Assembly: GCA_903837355.1 (NCBI GenBank)
Contig: CAILUI010000291.1
Coordinates: 2,476 to 66,475, forward strand
DNA length: 64,000 nucleotides
Direction: 5' to 3'
Origin: an uncultured Victivallales bacterium
GTDB taxonomy: Bacteria; Verrucomicrobiota; Lentisphaeria; Oligosphaerales; JAFGRS01
Shown in pieces: positions 20,782 to 30,594 of the stretch. Under the pieces are notes generated by a model. That model was not told the DNA's origin. It did not search any database and saw only the letters and a program-made list of their open reading frames with translations. A program made the position numbers and the translations under genes. How positions within the stretch are numbered: the stretch's first letter is position 1; every line of letters begins with the position of its first letter.

Positions 20782-22791
20782 ATGAGTGACGCCCGTCGTC
20801 CAGAGTGCCAGTGTGAGCCCGGAAGGCGCCCCATGACGCTCTCGTTCCGCCTTGGCTCTCCGCAGTGGTTGACCGACGCGCAGTGGGGGCGGCTTCTGGC
20901 GTTGCTCGCCGCGCACCGCCCGGCGGTCGACGAGTTGAGTCTCTTCACCAACGAAGCGATGGGTTGGTTCGGGACGATGGACGAGATGGCGCGCGACGTC
21001 GAGCTGATGGCCCGGCGCATCCGTGAGGCGCACGCTGCCGGCTACCGCTCGGTGGGTATCAACGTGCTCTGTACGCTGGGCCACGGTGATCCGGTGGGTG
21101 AGTGGTCGCCCGAGTTCAGGCTGCCGCCTACGGTAGGGCATGATGGCCAGCAGGCCACCCACTGCCCGTGCCCCAACAGCGTCCCCTTCCGCGAGCACGT
21201 CAAGGCCAAGTACCAGCTTTTCGCGCGTGCCAAGCCCGACTTCATCTGGGTGGACGACGACCTGCGCCAGAGCCACCACGGTGTGACCTATCCCTGCTTC
21301 TGCCCGCTCTGCCTGGAGCGCTTCGGCCACGGCGCCGAGCGCGCCGCACTCGTCAAACGCCTGGAGAACCCGGCTGAGAGCGCCCTGCGGCGCGCCTGGG
21401 TTGAGTTCAACGCGACCACGCTCGAAAGCCTCTGCGCGGACATCGGCGTTGCCGTGCGCGCGGTGGATCCCACCATCGAGCTGGGTCTGATGACCATCGG
21501 TTCGAGCCACTCGACGCACGGTGGGCACGCGCTCGAGCGCTGGACGGCGGCGCTGGGCGCGGTGAGAGGGCGCCCGGGCCACGGTTTCTACTGGGATGAC
21601 TCGCCGCGCGGCATCTATGCCAAGGCGTTCGATGTCGGCCGGCAGACGCGTGACTACGCCCCGGCCGTCACCGACGTGCAGTATGAGCTTGAGAACTACC
21701 CCTATGTGGCGCTGGACAAGGCCGACCGTACCGTGCTGAACGAGGTCTACCTGGCGGTGATGATGGGCTGCAATGGCGCCGCCTTCAACGCGCTCAAGTC
21801 AACGGCCACCGGCACGCTTGACGATTACCAGTCGTTACTGGCCGCCATCGTGGCGGAACGGCCGGCGTGGGAGTCGCTGGTCGCGCACGTCGCTGGCCTG
21901 CCGGCCCTGGGGTTCTGGCCGGCCGACGACAATGCCCTGATGGGCAAGCGCGCCGTGGACGCTTCGGGCTGGTTCTGGGAGGGGGGCGTGTACAACATCC
22001 AGCAGCCCAACGCCTTGGTTGAAATGGGCCTGCCCCTGACGCCCGCCGGTTGCGCGAGTTGCGGCGCCCTGCTGGCCGGCCGGATCGCCGAGGCGTTCAC
22101 CGACGTGGAGTTGCGCGCCCTGCTCGCCCGCGGTGTCCTCATGGACAGTCTCGCGCTTGAGGTACTCTGGGCCCGCGGCTTGGGCGAGCTCGCCGGCGTC
22201 CGTCCCGGCAAGCGGGTGCTGGGTGGTGCGGTCGAGACCCTGACGGCGCACGCGCTCAACGGGCGTTTCGCCGGCGACAACCGCGACGCGCTGATGGACG
22301 CGGCCGATAATGTGCGCGGGTTGGACCTGGTGTCGCCGGGCGCAGCGGAACTCGCGCGGCTGACCGGCTATGACGGGCGCGACCACGGCTGCTGCCTGAG
22401 TGTGTACGAGAATCCCCTGGGTGGGCGCGTGGCGGTGAGCAGCTATGTTCCCTGGCGGCGGCTGGGGACCCTGGGCAAGCGGAGTCAGTTGACCGAGCTT
22501 GCCGACTGGCTGGCCTACGGCAGGATGCCCGTGCGCATCGACGATTTCCGGCGTGTGGCGCCCTTCGTGCGCATGAGCGCCGATGGGGCCCGCTACGCCG
22601 TCGTGCTGCTGAACTCGACCCTCGATGCCGCCGCACCGTTCGAGTTACGGGTGCGGGCGACGGCGACGAAAGCCACGCTGGTTACGTCCCAGGGGTCCGT
22701 ACCGCTGGCAGTTCTGCCGGGAGATGGCGAGGTGCGCGTGGCCGTGCCAACACTGGGGCCATGGCAGCCAGCCGTGATTCTAGGGAGCTGA
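20782..22791 (+). CDS. hypothetical cytoplasmic protein, last gene of the glycosidase cluster (possibly TIM-barrel-like)
   Basis: GGAGGAG lies 9 nt upstream of ATG 20782 and there is no signal peptide. Cys-containing segment THCPCPNS...YPCFCPLCLERFG. I do not recognise a characterised family. Codon usage is consistent with its neighbours. Confidence 0.7.
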   Translation: MSDARRPECQCEPGRRPMTLSFRLGSPQWLTDAQWGRLLALLAAHRPAVDELSLFTNEAMGWFGTMDEMARDVELMARRIREAHAAGYRSVGINVLCTLGHGDPVGEWSPEFRLPPTVGHDGQQATHCPCPNSVPFREHVKAKYQLFARAKPDFIWVDDDLRQSHHGVTYPCFCPLCLERFGHGAERAALVKRLENPAESALRRAWVEFNATTLESLCADIGVAVRAVDPTIELGLMTIGSSHSTHGGHALERWTAALGAVRGRPGHGFYWDDSPRGIYAKAFDVGRQTRDYAPAVTDVQYELENYPYVALDKADRTVLNEVYLAVMMGCNGAAFNALKSTATGTLDDYQSLLAAIVAERPAWESLVAHVAGLPALGFWPADDNALMGKRAVDASGWFWEGGVYNIQQPNALVEMGLPLTPAGCASCGALLAGRIAEAFTDVELRALLARGVLMDSLALEVLWARGLGELAGVRPGKRVLGGAVETLTAHALNGRFAGDNRDALMDAADNVRGLDLVSPGAAELARLTGYDGRDHGCCLSVYENPLGGRVAVSSYVPWRRLGTLGKRSQLTELADWLAYGRMPVRIDDFRRVAPFVRMSADGARYAVVLLNSTLDAAAPFELRVRATATKATLVTSQGSVPLAVLPGDGEVRVAVPTLGPWQPAVILGS

Positions 22792-22858
22792 TCATGGATG
22801 ACCGGCGGTCATTCCTGAGCTCCATCCGTGCCAGCCGCGATACTCGAGGTCAGGTCGG

Positions 22859-24175
22859 TCATAGGGACCACGGCGCGCGCAGGGGCCGTGTCAGCCGGCG
22901 GTTGGCATCCGCGTCGCCGACGAACTCCTCGCGCTCCGGGCTCCAACGCAGCCGCCGCTGCAGTTGGAAAGCGCACCAGGCGAGTTGGCAGACCGTGTCG
23001 GAGCGCAGGGCCACCTCGACGTTGCAGAGGGTCGGCTGCCGGGTGCGGATGCAGTCCACGAAGTTCGCCTGGTGGAAGGTGCTTACCGGCAGGTGGATCT
23101 CCTCCGGGCCAAAGCGTTCCTTGAGCAGTGACGCCGGTTCAGCCTCGATGGCGCCGCGGTTGACCCATACCCGGCCCGCCGGGCCCTCGAAGGTGACGCC
23201 CTGGCGCACGCCGGCACAGCCCGGGCCTTCGCCGGTGAACCGCAACTCGACGCCGTTGGCGTACTGCATACGGGTATCCCAACTGAGCGGGTTGTCGCAC
23301 AACACGTCGTCGTTGGGGAAGCGTGCCGAGCCCTCGACCTCGACGGGGCCGGTGAGCTCGCTGCCGTTGCCCCACTGGGCGATGTCGATGTGGTGAATGC
23401 CCCAGCCGGAGACATACCCCAGCGAGTAGTCGCTGATGTGGAACCAGTATGGGTAGGTCAGCCGCGCCGTGGTGTAGGGCGCCCAGGGCGCCGGCCCCAG
23501 CCAGAGCTCGTAGTCGAGGCCGTCAGGGACGGGTTCTGGCACGTAGGTCTTGAGGCCGGAACGTTCGGCGGCCCCGGCGTGCACACCGACCTTGATCGTC
23601 TGCAGCTTCCCCAGGCGGCCGTTGCGGGCGATCTCGCAGGCGTGGCGGAACTCCTGACTCGAGCGCTGCTGGGTGCCGAGCTGGAAGACACGGCCGTAGC
23701 GCTGCACGGCGGCGCGCAGGACCTTGGTCTCACCGATGCTCATCCCCATGGGCTTCTCGAGATAGACGTCCTTGCCGGCGCGCACCGCCGCCAGGGCGTG
23801 CGGCACGTGCCAGGAGTCGAGGGTGGCGATGCACACCGCATCGATGTCGGCGCGGGCGAGGAGGTCGCGGAAATCGTTGTACGCCGTACAGCCCGTCGTG
23901 CCGTAGTGCGCGTCGACGGCCTGCTGGGCGCGCTCCCGCATGGCGCGGTTGACGTCGCAGACGGCCACCACCTGGACCTCGGGGATACTCATGAAGGAAT
24001 TCAGATCGCCGAAGCCCATGGTGCCGACGCCGATGCAGCCCATCGCGATGCGTTCACTGGGCGCAATGCGGCCGGCGCGCCCGAAGGCGGTTGCGGGAAG
24101 GACCAAAGGAACCGCTGCCGCGGCCGTGCGGACCGTCGTTCTCAGGAACTGGCGCCGATCCATGGTCGTCGTCAT
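22859..24175 (-). CDS. TAT-exported Gfo/Idh/MocA family oxidoreductase
   Basis: AGGAG lies 7 nt upstream of ATG 24175. Twin-arginine signal MTTTMDRRQFLRTTVRTAAAAVPLVLPATAFG. Rossmann N-terminus IAMGCIGVGTMGFGDL...VVAVCDV and EKP motif (VYLEKPM). The track ORF start at 24559 is an upstream over-extension. Confidence 0.9.
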   Translation of the reverse strand: MTTTMDRRQFLRTTVRTAAAAVPLVLPATAFGRAGRIAPSERIAMGCIGVGTMGFGDLNSFMSIPEVQVVAVCDVNRAMRERAQQAVDAHYGTTGCTAYNDFRDLLARADIDAVCIATLDSWHVPHALAAVRAGKDVYLEKPMGMSIGETKVLRAAVQRYGRVFQLGTQQRSSQEFRHACEIARNGRLGKLQTIKVGVHAGAAERSGLKTYVPEPVPDGLDYELWLGPAPWAPYTTARLTYPYWFHISDYSLGYVSGWGIHHIDIAQWGNGSELTGPVEVEGSARFPNDDVLCDNPLSWDTRMQYANGVELRFTGEGPGCAGVRQGVTFEGPAGRVWVNRGAIEAEPASLLKERFGPEEIHLPVSTFHQANFVDCIRTRQPTLCNVEVALRSDTVCQLAWCAFQLQRRLRWSPEREEFVGDADANRRLTRPLRAPWSL

Positions 24176-24263
24176 CGGCAATCTCCTACAGCCCGGGCGA
24201 ACCCCGGAGCCTCCAACGGGCGCGCCCTGCGCCGTCGCGGCCGGGGCGCTCGGGGTGCCTTCT

Positions 24264-27200
24264 TCAGGGCGGTGCGGCGAACTCCTGCCACTCCCTCTCG
24301 AGGGCTTCCGGTTCCAGGCGCCCGGGGTGGACGATGATGCGGTAGCGCAGCGCGAACTGCTGCCCCGCGGCCAGCGTATAGGGTTCGCTCCAGAGCAGCG
24401 CTGGGCTGAAATAGCCGAAGTGCCCCTTGGCCGCCATGATGTTGTGCCATGGCGCAGGGTGCCGCGGGTTGGTCGGGTGATCGAGGATGGCGATGCCGCC
24501 GGGCTGTTGCGTGGCCTCGTCAACGAGGGCGAAATCCGCCCAACGCGCCCGCTGGCCATGCGTGTTGGCGGCGAGCCCTGCGGCCTGGCCGGGATCGCTG
24601 TCGGTGGGGACGTCGCGTCGACCTTCGCTGTCGATCAGTACCCAGTCGCTGGAGGCTTGGGAGACGCGGACGGAGAGCCCGGCGTACCCGCCCCCGGCGC
24701 TGCCACCCTCCAGCCGCAGGTCGCGGTCGCCGGCGCTGAAGGTGCCGCGCCAGTCCAGCCGGTAGGCGCCCTTGGCGTCAGGAGCACCGATCGCGATGAG
24801 ACGGCTCTCCGTCAGCACGGGAGGCGCGTTCGGAGGGTGGTAGCTGAGGGTCATTGCGATCCGGGCCGCGCCATCCGGGCCAGGCCACGCCTGGGCGGAG
24901 ACCACCTCCGTGAGTCCCTGGGCTCGGCCCGTCGCCGGGTCTTCCTCCCAGTAGTTGACGCCGTTCAGCAGCTTCCAGGAGAACCACAGCGCCCGGTGCC
25001 ACGGGTGATCCGCCGGGCTCGGCGCCGTGAGCACGGTTCCGTCGAGCAACGCCAGCGGGTGGAAATATGGCTTGGCCAGGTCGGCGGCGTAGTTGCACTG
25101 CCAGACGGTTCGGCCGTGGTTGAGCAGGGCCAGCCCGGCCGGGGTCTGCTGCCATGCGAAGGCCGGCGCTGCAGCGCTGCGCGGCGGGGCGGTAGTGGCC
25201 GATTCCGGCGCAAAGCGGCCGAAAACCTGCAGTTCGTGGATCGCCGGGCTGACCAGCCCGTTGCGGCCAGGGATGACTAACTCCACCGTGGTGCAGCGCA
25301 CGGGCGCCAGGGCAATGAACATCTCGTGGTCGAGGCAGCGCCGGTCGCGGACCGGCGCTGCCAACCTGCCATCGCAGAGGACGTCGAGGTTCTTGGCCTG
25401 GTGCTGTTCGTACGGGTGCCAGAGGAGGTTGACAGCCGTCACCTCCTGCGCGGCAGGGAAGGTCACACGCAGGCGGTACTGCTCGCTGCCGTTGACCTCG
25501 TCCCAGTAGGTCCTCGGATCGCCGTCAATGGCCGCGGCGTCGCCGCCCGAAGCCCCGTCCGAGTCGACGTTGTCCGGACTGTCAGCGCTGGCGCCGAGAG
25601 CAAGGTTGGCGGGCTTGAGGATGTCCAGGAGCTGTTTGCCGGCACGGGCGCTGACGGCGGGATCGCGGTCCGCTGCCAGCAGCGGTGCCAGGACTTCCAG
25701 GACCCGGTCCCGGTGGCTATCCCGGAGCGCCGCCGCAATCTGGGTGATGGCGACGCCGGCCTCGGTCGCCAGCTCGGGGTCGGCCAGGTACTTTCCGGCG
25801 AGTTCCAGCGCCTCAAGGGTCGGGCAGCGCCCGAGCTCGGCCAGCACGGCCTTGCGCTCCGCGGCCGCTCCGGCCAACTGCATCAGTTCCCCGACCAGCC
25901 GCACCATCTGCTCGGGATTGCGCCCGTCGGCCTGGCTCGACAGCCGGATGGCGCCGCGCAGCGCCAGGACGCGGTGTACGGACTCCGTGGCGTGGCCGGC
26001 CAGGCCAACCAAGTCCGCCAGGGGTGCGGCTGAGGGCCACGCCGCCAGGCCGCGGATCGCGGCATCGCGCACGCTGGCATCGGTGGACTGCAGGGCCTGG
26101 CGCAGGGCGGGCAGCAGGCGGTCGTCGCCGAGGCTGCTGGCGACCCGCACGAGCGCGGCGCGGACGGCCGGCGCGGCGGCGGCCTCGAGCCGCGGCAGCA
26201 GGACGTCGCCGCCGGTCGGGCCGCGCAGCACGGTCCCCACGGTCTTCTCCGCCTCGTCGCGTTCGTCGTCGCGGGCGCGCTCCAGCAGATCCAGGAGTGC
26301 CGCCGCGTCGTCCGCCCGTGCCAAGGCGCCGAGGGCCTTCCACGACTCCAGGCGGACTGCTGCTTCCGGGTCAGCGGCCAGGCGTTGCAGGTCGGGCCGC
26401 GCGTCCGCGGCGCGGCGCGCGGCGAGGAGGCGGATGATCTCGACCTTGGCGCGAGCGTTTCCCGACGCCAGCAGGTCGATCAGAGCCCGGTTGGCACGGG
26501 AGCTGCGTAGGCGCACGAGGCTGTCGCGTGCGGCGGCGCTGTCGGCCGTGTCAGCGCTGGTCAGGACCTGGGTTAGGAGCAGGCTCACCGTGGTCTCATC
26601 CCCCAGGGCACCGAGGGCCACTAGGGCGGCACGGCGAACCGCAGGATCGGCGCTGGTGGCCATGGCCTCCACCGGGCCGCGGGCGGCCGTGTCGCCACGC
26701 CTGGCGAGGGCCTCAAGCAGCAGCGCCTGCATGGGAGTCGATACCTTGCCCAGGCACGCCGCGAACGCTGCCGTCGCGGTCGCGTCCGCAACCTCCGGCA
26801 CGCATTGGATGGCCATACTTTCGAGCGCGGGGTCGCCGCTGCACAGCGCGGCGCAGACCGCCGCGGTGCCCGCTGCGGGGTCGGCCAACGTCAGGCCGCG
26901 CAGGGCCGCCATGCGTATCGGGTCGGCCTGGTCAGGACCGCTGAGCCGGGTGTAGCACGCGGTTGCCTGGCCCCCGCGGTTGGTGTTCAGCAGGTGTTCC
27001 GCCTGGACGAGGCAGGCGTCCGCGAGGGCTGCCCGCAAGGCGCCCGTGGCCGTGCTCAGGGCCGTCTGCAGCGCCGCTCCGGCGGCCTCCGAACCGATCT
27101 CGCCCAGGGCCTTTGCCGCAGCGCCGGCCAGAGGTTCGTCCGCGCTCTGAAGCAGCGCCGCCAGGGCCTCGGTGGCGCCGTCGTCGCGGCGCTGGCCGAG

Positions 27201-28442
27201 GGCGTGAACAGCGCTGAGTCTGAGGTCGCCCGGAAGGCCTTTCACAGCCTCTCGCAGCAGGCGATCGACGGCGGGACCGGGGATCTGGGCCAGGGCGTCG
27301 AGGGCTGCGGGCGCGACCTCGGGGTCCGTGAGGACGGGTTGCAGAAGCAGGGCCTGGTCCGCTGTCGCCAGCACGGCGAACTGGGCACACAGGAAAACCT
27401 TGGCGGCAGCGGTGGTGGTGGTTGACGTCAGGAGTGCTGCCAGGCGCTCCAGCAGGCGCTGCCGGTAGCCGCTCGGGTCGGCGGCCGCCAGGCCGTCGGC
27501 GTAACGGACGAGTTGCTCGACGTCATGCAAAGGCTGCCGCGCATCACCGTAACGGTACGCCGTCAGGGCGGCGAAGGCGGTGTCCGCGTCGACCCCCGCG
27601 GCCGCCATGGCCGCCGGGGTTTCTGGCCAGAGCGCGGGTGGCGGGATGGTGACAGCGCCGGTCGCGGCCCACTCCGCGCTGCGTTGCAGCAAGGTCTTGA
27701 ACCCGGCCCCCATGGCGCCAGCGTCGTGCCCCAGCACGAGGTTGACGCCGCGGCCTTGGCCCAGACTCGTGCAGACCAGCATCGGCTCGTCTTTGCCGGT
27801 GCCGCCCTGATCTTTGGCGGAGAAGGCCGTGAAGACGACCTGCAGGGGCGTCCCGGCAAGGTGCACCATGTTGTGGTAGAGCTCGTCTGTCGTGTAGAAA
27901 TCCGTGAGCCCTCTGGCGATGGGGTGCTGCGGGTCCGCGACCGCGACCTTGAACGTGTGGTAGGCCCCGTGTGCCGTGTAGTCTGCCTTCCAGGTCAGCG
28001 CGATCAGTTCCTGGAAATCTGGCCAGACCTGGAAGGTGCACGCCGCCGCGTGGATGACGACGAAGCCGCCGCCTTGGCGGACAAAGTCGAGGAACGCCGC
28101 TTCGGTTTCCGGCGACCAGATGCGCCGAGTGTCGGGGTAGGGGGTCCAGTTACTGACGATCACGTCGTACCCGGCCAGCGTGGCTGTGTCGAGGCGGGTG
28201 GGGTCGTCGATCACCTCCACCTGACCGAAGCGCGGACAGCCTGCGAGCAGCGCCCGGAGGACCGGCGTGGTACTGCGCCAGTCATGGTTATTCAGACCAC
28301 TGTAGATCAGCACGCGCAGCGGTGGCGCCGCGTCGGCGGCCCGCGCGCGGTCAGCCCCGGCGGCCGCCGCGACGAGGGCGAGGCCCAACGCGAGGGTGCT
28401 CAGTACCGAGCCGCCGTGTGGAGGCTGCGCTGTACCCGTCAT
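24264..28442 (-). CDS. 1392-aa multidomain exported protein: ThuA-like domain, HEAT repeats, F5/8 type C (discoidin) domain, PmoA-like (DUF6807-type) C-terminal domain
   Basis: ATG 28442 is followed by the signal MTGTAQPPHGGSVLSTLALGLALVAAAAGA. ThuA-like block LRVLIYSGLNNHDWRSTTP...GGGFVVIHAAACTF. Long Ala/Leu-rich HEAT-like repeats (AVHALGQRRDDGATEALAALLQS...). Discoidin-like AIDGDPRTYWDE...YRLRVTFPAAQEVTAVNL. C-terminus YFHPLALLDGTVLTAPSPADHPWHRALWFSWK...WEEDP matches my recollection of PmoA-family/DUF6807 proteins. Confidence 0.8.
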   Translation of the reverse strand: MTGTAQPPHGGSVLSTLALGLALVAAAAGADRARAADAAPPLRVLIYSGLNNHDWRSTTPVLRALLAGCPRFGQVEVIDDPTRLDTATLAGYDVIVSNWTPYPDTRRIWSPETEAAFLDFVRQGGGFVVIHAAACTFQVWPDFQELIALTWKADYTAHGAYHTFKVAVADPQHPIARGLTDFYTTDELYHNMVHLAGTPLQVVFTAFSAKDQGGTGKDEPMLVCTSLGQGRGVNLVLGHDAGAMGAGFKTLLQRSAEWAATGAVTIPPPALWPETPAAMAAAGVDADTAFAALTAYRYGDARQPLHDVEQLVRYADGLAAADPSGYRQRLLERLAALLTSTTTTAAAKVFLCAQFAVLATADQALLLQPVLTDPEVAPAALDALAQIPGPAVDRLLREAVKGLPGDLRLSAVHALGQRRDDGATEALAALLQSADEPLAGAAAKALGEIGSEAAGAALQTALSTATGALRAALADACLVQAEHLLNTNRGGQATACYTRLSGPDQADPIRMAALRGLTLADPAAGTAAVCAALCSGDPALESMAIQCVPEVADATATAAFAACLGKVSTPMQALLLEALARRGDTAARGPVEAMATSADPAVRRAALVALGALGDETTVSLLLTQVLTSADTADSAAARDSLVRLRSSRANRALIDLLASGNARAKVEIIRLLAARRAADARPDLQRLAADPEAAVRLESWKALGALARADDAAALLDLLERARDDERDEAEKTVGTVLRGPTGGDVLLPRLEAAAAPAVRAALVRVASSLGDDRLLPALRQALQSTDASVRDAAIRGLAAWPSAAPLADLVGLAGHATESVHRVLALRGAIRLSSQADGRNPEQMVRLVGELMQLAGAAAERKAVLAELGRCPTLEALELAGKYLADPELATEAGVAITQIAAALRDSHRDRVLEVLAPLLAADRDPAVSARAGKQLLDILKPANLALGASADSPDNVDSDGASGGDAAAIDGDPRTYWDEVNGSEQYRLRVTFPAAQEVTAVNLLWHPYEQHQAKNLDVLCDGRLAAPVRDRRCLDHEMFIALAPVRCTTVELVIPGRNGLVSPAIHELQVFGRFAPESATTAPPRSAAAPAFAWQQTPAGLALLNHGRTVWQCNYAADLAKPYFHPLALLDGTVLTAPSPADHPWHRALWFSWKLLNGVNYWEEDPATGRAQGLTEVVSAQAWPGPDGAARIAMTLSYHPPNAPPVLTESRLIAIGAPDAKGAYRLDWRGTFSAGDRDLRLEGGSAGGGYAGLSVRVSQASSDWVLIDSEGRRDVPTDSDPGQAAGLAANTHGQRARWADFALVDEATQQPGGIAILDHPTNPRHPAPWHNIMAAKGHFGYFSPALLWSEPYTLAAGQQFALRYRIIVHPGRLEPEALEREWQEFAAPP

Positions 28443-28590
28443 GGCGAGCCCTTTCTGCCATGGGCGCTGAGGCACGAACGACGTTGAGCCTGCCGCGTGC
28501 TCCGGTGGCCGCGCCCGGATGCGAGTCCGAGACCCAAAAATACCGCGCCGGGGGCGGCGATGCAACGGGCCCAGCCGTGTCGCCGCGGCG

Positions 28591-28618
28591 TGGCAAGGCG
28601 CGGCCATGGTGGTATAGT
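28591..28618 (+). promoter_or_regulatory. candidate sigma70-type promoter with extended -10 for cdaA
   Basis: TGGCAA (28591-28596), 16 nt spacer, then TGgTATAGT (28610-28618), about 100 nt upstream of cdaA ATG. Followed at once by the direct repeat CCGATGGTTA / CCGATGGGGTTA (28619-28640). Sequence pattern only. Confidence 0.3.
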
Positions 28619-28719
28619 CCGATGGTTACCGATGGGGTTAGTGAGACGTGTTGGTCGGGGCTTGGTGTCGGGGCGCGCTGCGGAGCCTGCCGCGGCGCGC
28701 CGCAGGGTGGTGCATAACC

Positions 28720-29574
28720 ATGTTCGGATTCCTACTTCAGCATGCCATCGAATGGGCAAAAGTGGCCACTGAGGTCGGCCTCCTGGCGGTGCTCATCTAC
28801 CTCGCGTTGCAGTTCGTACGCGAGACCCGCGCGGTGGCGATTCTGGCGGGGATCATCATCCTGGCCTTGGGGTTGAGCATTCTGTCCCGCGCCTTCGATC
28901 TGGAGGTCATCGGCTGGCTGGTCAGCCGCATGTGGGCCGTCCTGGCCTTCACGACGGTGATCGTGTTCCAGCCGGAGGTGCGTCGTGCCCTCAGCGAACT
29001 GGGGCGGCGCCGTGGTTTCCTGCATGCCCATGGCAATGAGGCGCGCGGCGTCGACTTGGTCAACACCCTGGTGGATGCGACCTACTTTCTGGCCGACCGG
29101 CGGATCGGGGCCCTGATTGCCATCGAGCAGTCCATCGGCTTGCGCAGCTATGCCGAGACCGGGACGCCGATCGACGCGGCGGTGTCCAGCAAGCTGCTCA
29201 GTTCGGTGTTCTTCCCCAACACGCCGCTGCATGATGGCGGCGTCATCATCCGCCGGGACCAACTGGTGGCGGCCGGGTGCATCTTCCCGCTGTCGCAGAG
29301 TCCGGAATTGGGGAAGACGCTGGGCACGCGCCATCGCGCCGGGGTGGGCCTCTGCGAGGAGACCGACGCCGTCGTGATCGTGGTCTCCGAGGAGTCCGGG
29401 GCGGTTAGCCTGGCCCGTTCCGGACGTCTGACGCGGGGCGTGGCCCGGGATCGGCTGAAGCGGCACCTGACCAACTACCTGGTCAAGAAGCCCGCCACCC
29501 GCCGCTTCGGCACCTCGTTCCGGCTGGTGCCGTCGCGGCCGGCGGCCGAGGCCCCGGCCGCCGGGGAGGCGTGA
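28720..29574 (+). CDS. cdaA: diadenylate cyclase CdaA (DisA_N domain, membrane-anchored)
   Basis: N-terminal TM helices (VGLLAVLIYLALQF, VAILAGIIILALGLSIL, VLAFTTVIVF). DAC domain motifs GALIAIE, PLHDGGVII, GTRHRAGVGL and DAVVIVVSEESGAVSLA. Confidence 0.9.
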   Translation: MFGFLLQHAIEWAKVATEVGLLAVLIYLALQFVRETRAVAILAGIIILALGLSILSRAFDLEVIGWLVSRMWAVLAFTTVIVFQPEVRRALSELGRRRGFLHAHGNEARGVDLVNTLVDATYFLADRRIGALIAIEQSIGLRSYAETGTPIDAAVSSKLLSSVFFPNTPLHDGGVIIRRDQLVAAGCIFPLSQSPELGKTLGTRHRAGVGLCEETDAVVIVVSEESGAVSLARSGRLTRGVARDRLKRHLTNYLVKKPATRRFGTSFRLVPSRPAAEAPAAGEA

Positions 29575-29577
29575 CCC

Positions 29578-30594
29578 ATGCGGCCAAGGCTTCCCGGCTT
29601 CATCACCCGCGACTTCCTGCGCAAGGCAGCAGCGCTGTTCTTTGCGATTCTCATCTGGAGCTCGGTGTCGTCGGACGTGCGGGACAAAGAGGTCGAGCTC
29701 CGGAATGTTCCGGTGACCGTCAAGTACGACCCCAACGTCGTGGTCCTGCGCGAGCTTCCCAAGACGGTCGACGTGTCGCTGCGTGGCAGCCAGCGCCGGC
29801 TGGAGGAAGTCAGCAGCCAGGACGTCTCGATCGTGGTTCAGGTACCCTCCGACATCCATGAAGGGGTGTATTACCACGATGTTGGCATCTCCTCCAAGGC
29901 CAACGTTAAGCGTGTGCCGCCGGGTGTGCGCGTGATTGGCATTACGCCCGACCGTCTCGAGCTGTACATCGATCGTCTGGTGACCAAGCCCAACGTGTCG
30001 GTGAAGGTCGGCTTTACCGGTGCCCTCAAGGATGGTTACGAGGTCATCCGGGCTGCGGCCACGCCCGATGCCGTGATCTTGCGCGGACCGCACCGGGAGT
30101 TGCTCGATATCACCTCGGTCAACACCGAACCGATCCCTCTGGATGACACGATCGTGCAGGATTTCAGCGTCTCCGCCAAACTGGCGCCGATCCTGGGGGT
30201 ACGCCTGCCGGAGGCGGTACGGGTGGACTTGGTCGTCGGGCGCCACAGCACTCCTCGGACCCTGCACGGAGTGCGCTTGGCGGTGCTCGTGGATCCCGCC
30301 AGCGGCCTGCGCGTCGAGGGGCCGTTGCCCGAGATCGCCGTCACGCTGCGCGGCCCGAAGGCGGCGATGGACGAGCTGAATGAGCTGTCCGTGTGCCCCT
30401 TCGTCGACCTGAGCGCCATCACCAGCCCGGGACGCTACCGGCGTCAGGTCTGCACCTGGCTGAGCCGCGAGTCGGAGGCCGTGGCCGAGTCGACGGCACC
30501 AGCGTCGGTGGAGGTCAGCCTGGTCCCGGCAGAAGCGCTGCCGACGGCACCGGACGTCGCTCCGGCTGGGCCCGGCACCGAGGCCCAGCCGTGA
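29578..30594 (+). CDS. cdaR: YbbR-domain protein (CdaR-like regulator of CdaA)
   Basis: Starts 3 nt after the cdaA stop. N-terminal anchor AAALFFAILIWSSV followed by repeated YbbR-like beta units (LRNVPVTVKYDPNVVV, VSIVVQVPSD, VSVKVGFTG). The conserved cdaA-cdaR arrangement is established knowledge. Confidence 0.75.
   Translation: MRPRLPGFITRDFLRKAAALFFAILIWSSVSSDVRDKEVELRNVPVTVKYDPNVVVLRELPKTVDVSLRGSQRRLEEVSSQDVSIVVQVPSDIHEGVYYHDVGISSKANVKRVPPGVRVIGITPDRLELYIDRLVTKPNVSVKVGFTGALKDGYEVIRAAATPDAVILRGPHRELLDITSVNTEPIPLDDTIVQDFSVSAKLAPILGVRLPEAVRVDLVVGRHSTPRTLHGVRLAVLVDPASGLRVEGPLPEIAVTLRGPKAAMDELNELSVCPFVDLSAITSPGRYRRQVCTWLSRESEAVAESTAPASVEVSLVPAEALPTAPDVAPAGPGTEAQP

Noticed and set aside
28619-28719. 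Possible riboswitch (for example c-di-AMP/ydaO type) in the ~100-nt cdaA leader.
   Set aside because: Only a simple CTGCGG...CCGCAG hairpin is visible. None of the conserved ydaO-type motifs I remember are present, and that riboswitch class is not normally found upstream of cdaA.
30393-30590. Upstream extension of the miaA ORF overlapping cdaR by ~200 nt in another frame.
   Set aside because: The extension has no MiaA-like sequence. The conserved P-loop starts shortly after GTG 30591, which forms a GTGA overlap with the cdaR stop.
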